DNA of 64,000 nucleotides. It comes from an uncultured delta proteobacterium. GTDB taxonomy: Bacteria; Desulfobacterota; Desulfuromonadia; Desulfuromonadales; JACZKF01. Below, piece by piece: positions 63,222-64,000 of this stretch (position 1 is the first letter of the stretch; each line of letters begins with the position of its first letter). The position numbers and the translations under genes were made by a program. Location of the stretch: NCBI GenBank assembly GCA_963816395.1, contig CAWFKQ010000005.1, positions 416,001-480,000 on the forward strand, read 5' to 3'. Below the pieces are notes generated by a model, which saw nothing but the letters and a program-made list of their open reading frames with translations, made no database searches and was not told the DNA's origin.

Positions 63222-63701
63222 TTTTTCCTCCTCAACGCAGCGGGAACTCCAGGCAGATTAGAAAAGAATATATATAATAAACTTCATTTGCATGCTCTTC
63301 AATCTTTTCTTCGGCATCTCGGGGGGGTGCGTTGAAAGGGTGGGGCACGAGAGGAAGCGGCGATTCTGTCGGGACGAGGATCGCCCCGACAGGAAACGCC
63401 GGAGTACTAGAAGTGCGGGCCGGGCACTGCAATCTTTTCCCTGGAGGGGTATGTGGGACAAGTTCCCAGCGCAATGACTGCTCCGGCCTGCAAGGCGATA
63501 AATTATCCGCAAATCGGGTAAATTTCCAGAAAATTCATGCGACAAAAATAAAAAATAGCATGAGAATAATCCAATTCCCATGGTTTCCACTGCCTGGCAC
63601 GTCAGGCCTTTTCTCCTTCATAATCCCGCCCGCCTGGCATCTGGCCGCATCCGCACTATAATTTTCTTACAGTTGCTGTTTTGCGAACACTCCGCAGGGA
63701 G

Positions 63702-64000
63702 ATGCCCATGAATGAACAGATGAATGCAACCGGCCCGATGTCGACAGCGGCGGCCGGCAGAGAAGCGGTGCGGGAACGGGAACTCGATTATCGCGCCGGC
63801 GGAACCACGCTCAAAGGCTACCTGGCACACAACGACAATCTCCAGGGGAAGCGTCCCGGCGTTCTGGTGGTACATGAGTGGTGGGGCCTCAACGATTATG
63901 CCCGCAAGCGGGCGCGGATGCTGGCGGAACTTGGCTACGCCGCCCTGGCCGTGGATATGTACGGGGAGGGGAAAACAGCCAGTCACCCGGCGGATGCCGG
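63702..64000 (+). CDS. Dienelactone hydrolase family protein, runs off the window edge
   Basis: Manual translation: LKGYLAH..RPGVLVVHEWWGLNDYARKRARMLAELGY.ALAVDMYG. Confidence 0.88.
   Translation, partial: MPMNEQMNATGPMSTAAAGREAVRERELDYRAGGTTLKGYLAHNDNLQGKRPGVLVVHEWWGLNDYARKRARMLAELGYAALAVDMYGEGKTASHPADA

Noticed and set aside
63300..63480. Possible ncRNA with hairpin GGCGATTCTGTCGGG..CCCGACAGGAAACGCC
   Set aside because: One hairpin only; no family recognised without a covariance search
63590..63655. Sigma54 promoter (TGGCAC/TGGCAT)
   Set aside because: GG-N10-GC spacing not satisfied

Overview
GC-rich chromosomal window from a Desulfuromonadia/Geobacter-like deltaproteobacterium (inferred from gene content and the multiheme cytochrome repertoire). 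About 15 genes are broken by 1-bp indels, mostly at homopolymers, which most likely reflects long-read assembly error. Housekeeping blocks: kdsB-pyrG-kdsA-kdsD-kdsC; mog/MOSC; EF-G2, coaX, birA, nadC; ABC-F, rne, Smr, mltD, hflX, fabI, dsbC, mntP, folA, cyclophilin. Accessory content: (i) a ~20 kb extracellular electron-transfer locus (6.7-26 kb) with two OmcE-like tetraheme cytochromes, an OmcB-like 15-heme protein, three more multiheme cytochromes, two NHL beta-propellers and a predicted outer-membrane barrel; (ii) inserted in it, the most unusual element: a RAYT-type Y1/HUH transposase bracketed by an inverted pair of 26-bp sites (GGGGACGTTCTTGATTTTTAAAGTTT type), followed by a direct-repeat array of the same site delimiting a higBA cassette and nested truncated copies with one fixed end; (iii) an asnB-nadE-like-ACP-adenylating ligase-hydrolase cluster beside a PEP-CTERM gene and a divergent ABC exporter; (iv) several families of REP/MITE-like intergenic palindromes. 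No rRNA, tRNA or CRISPR array was recognised.
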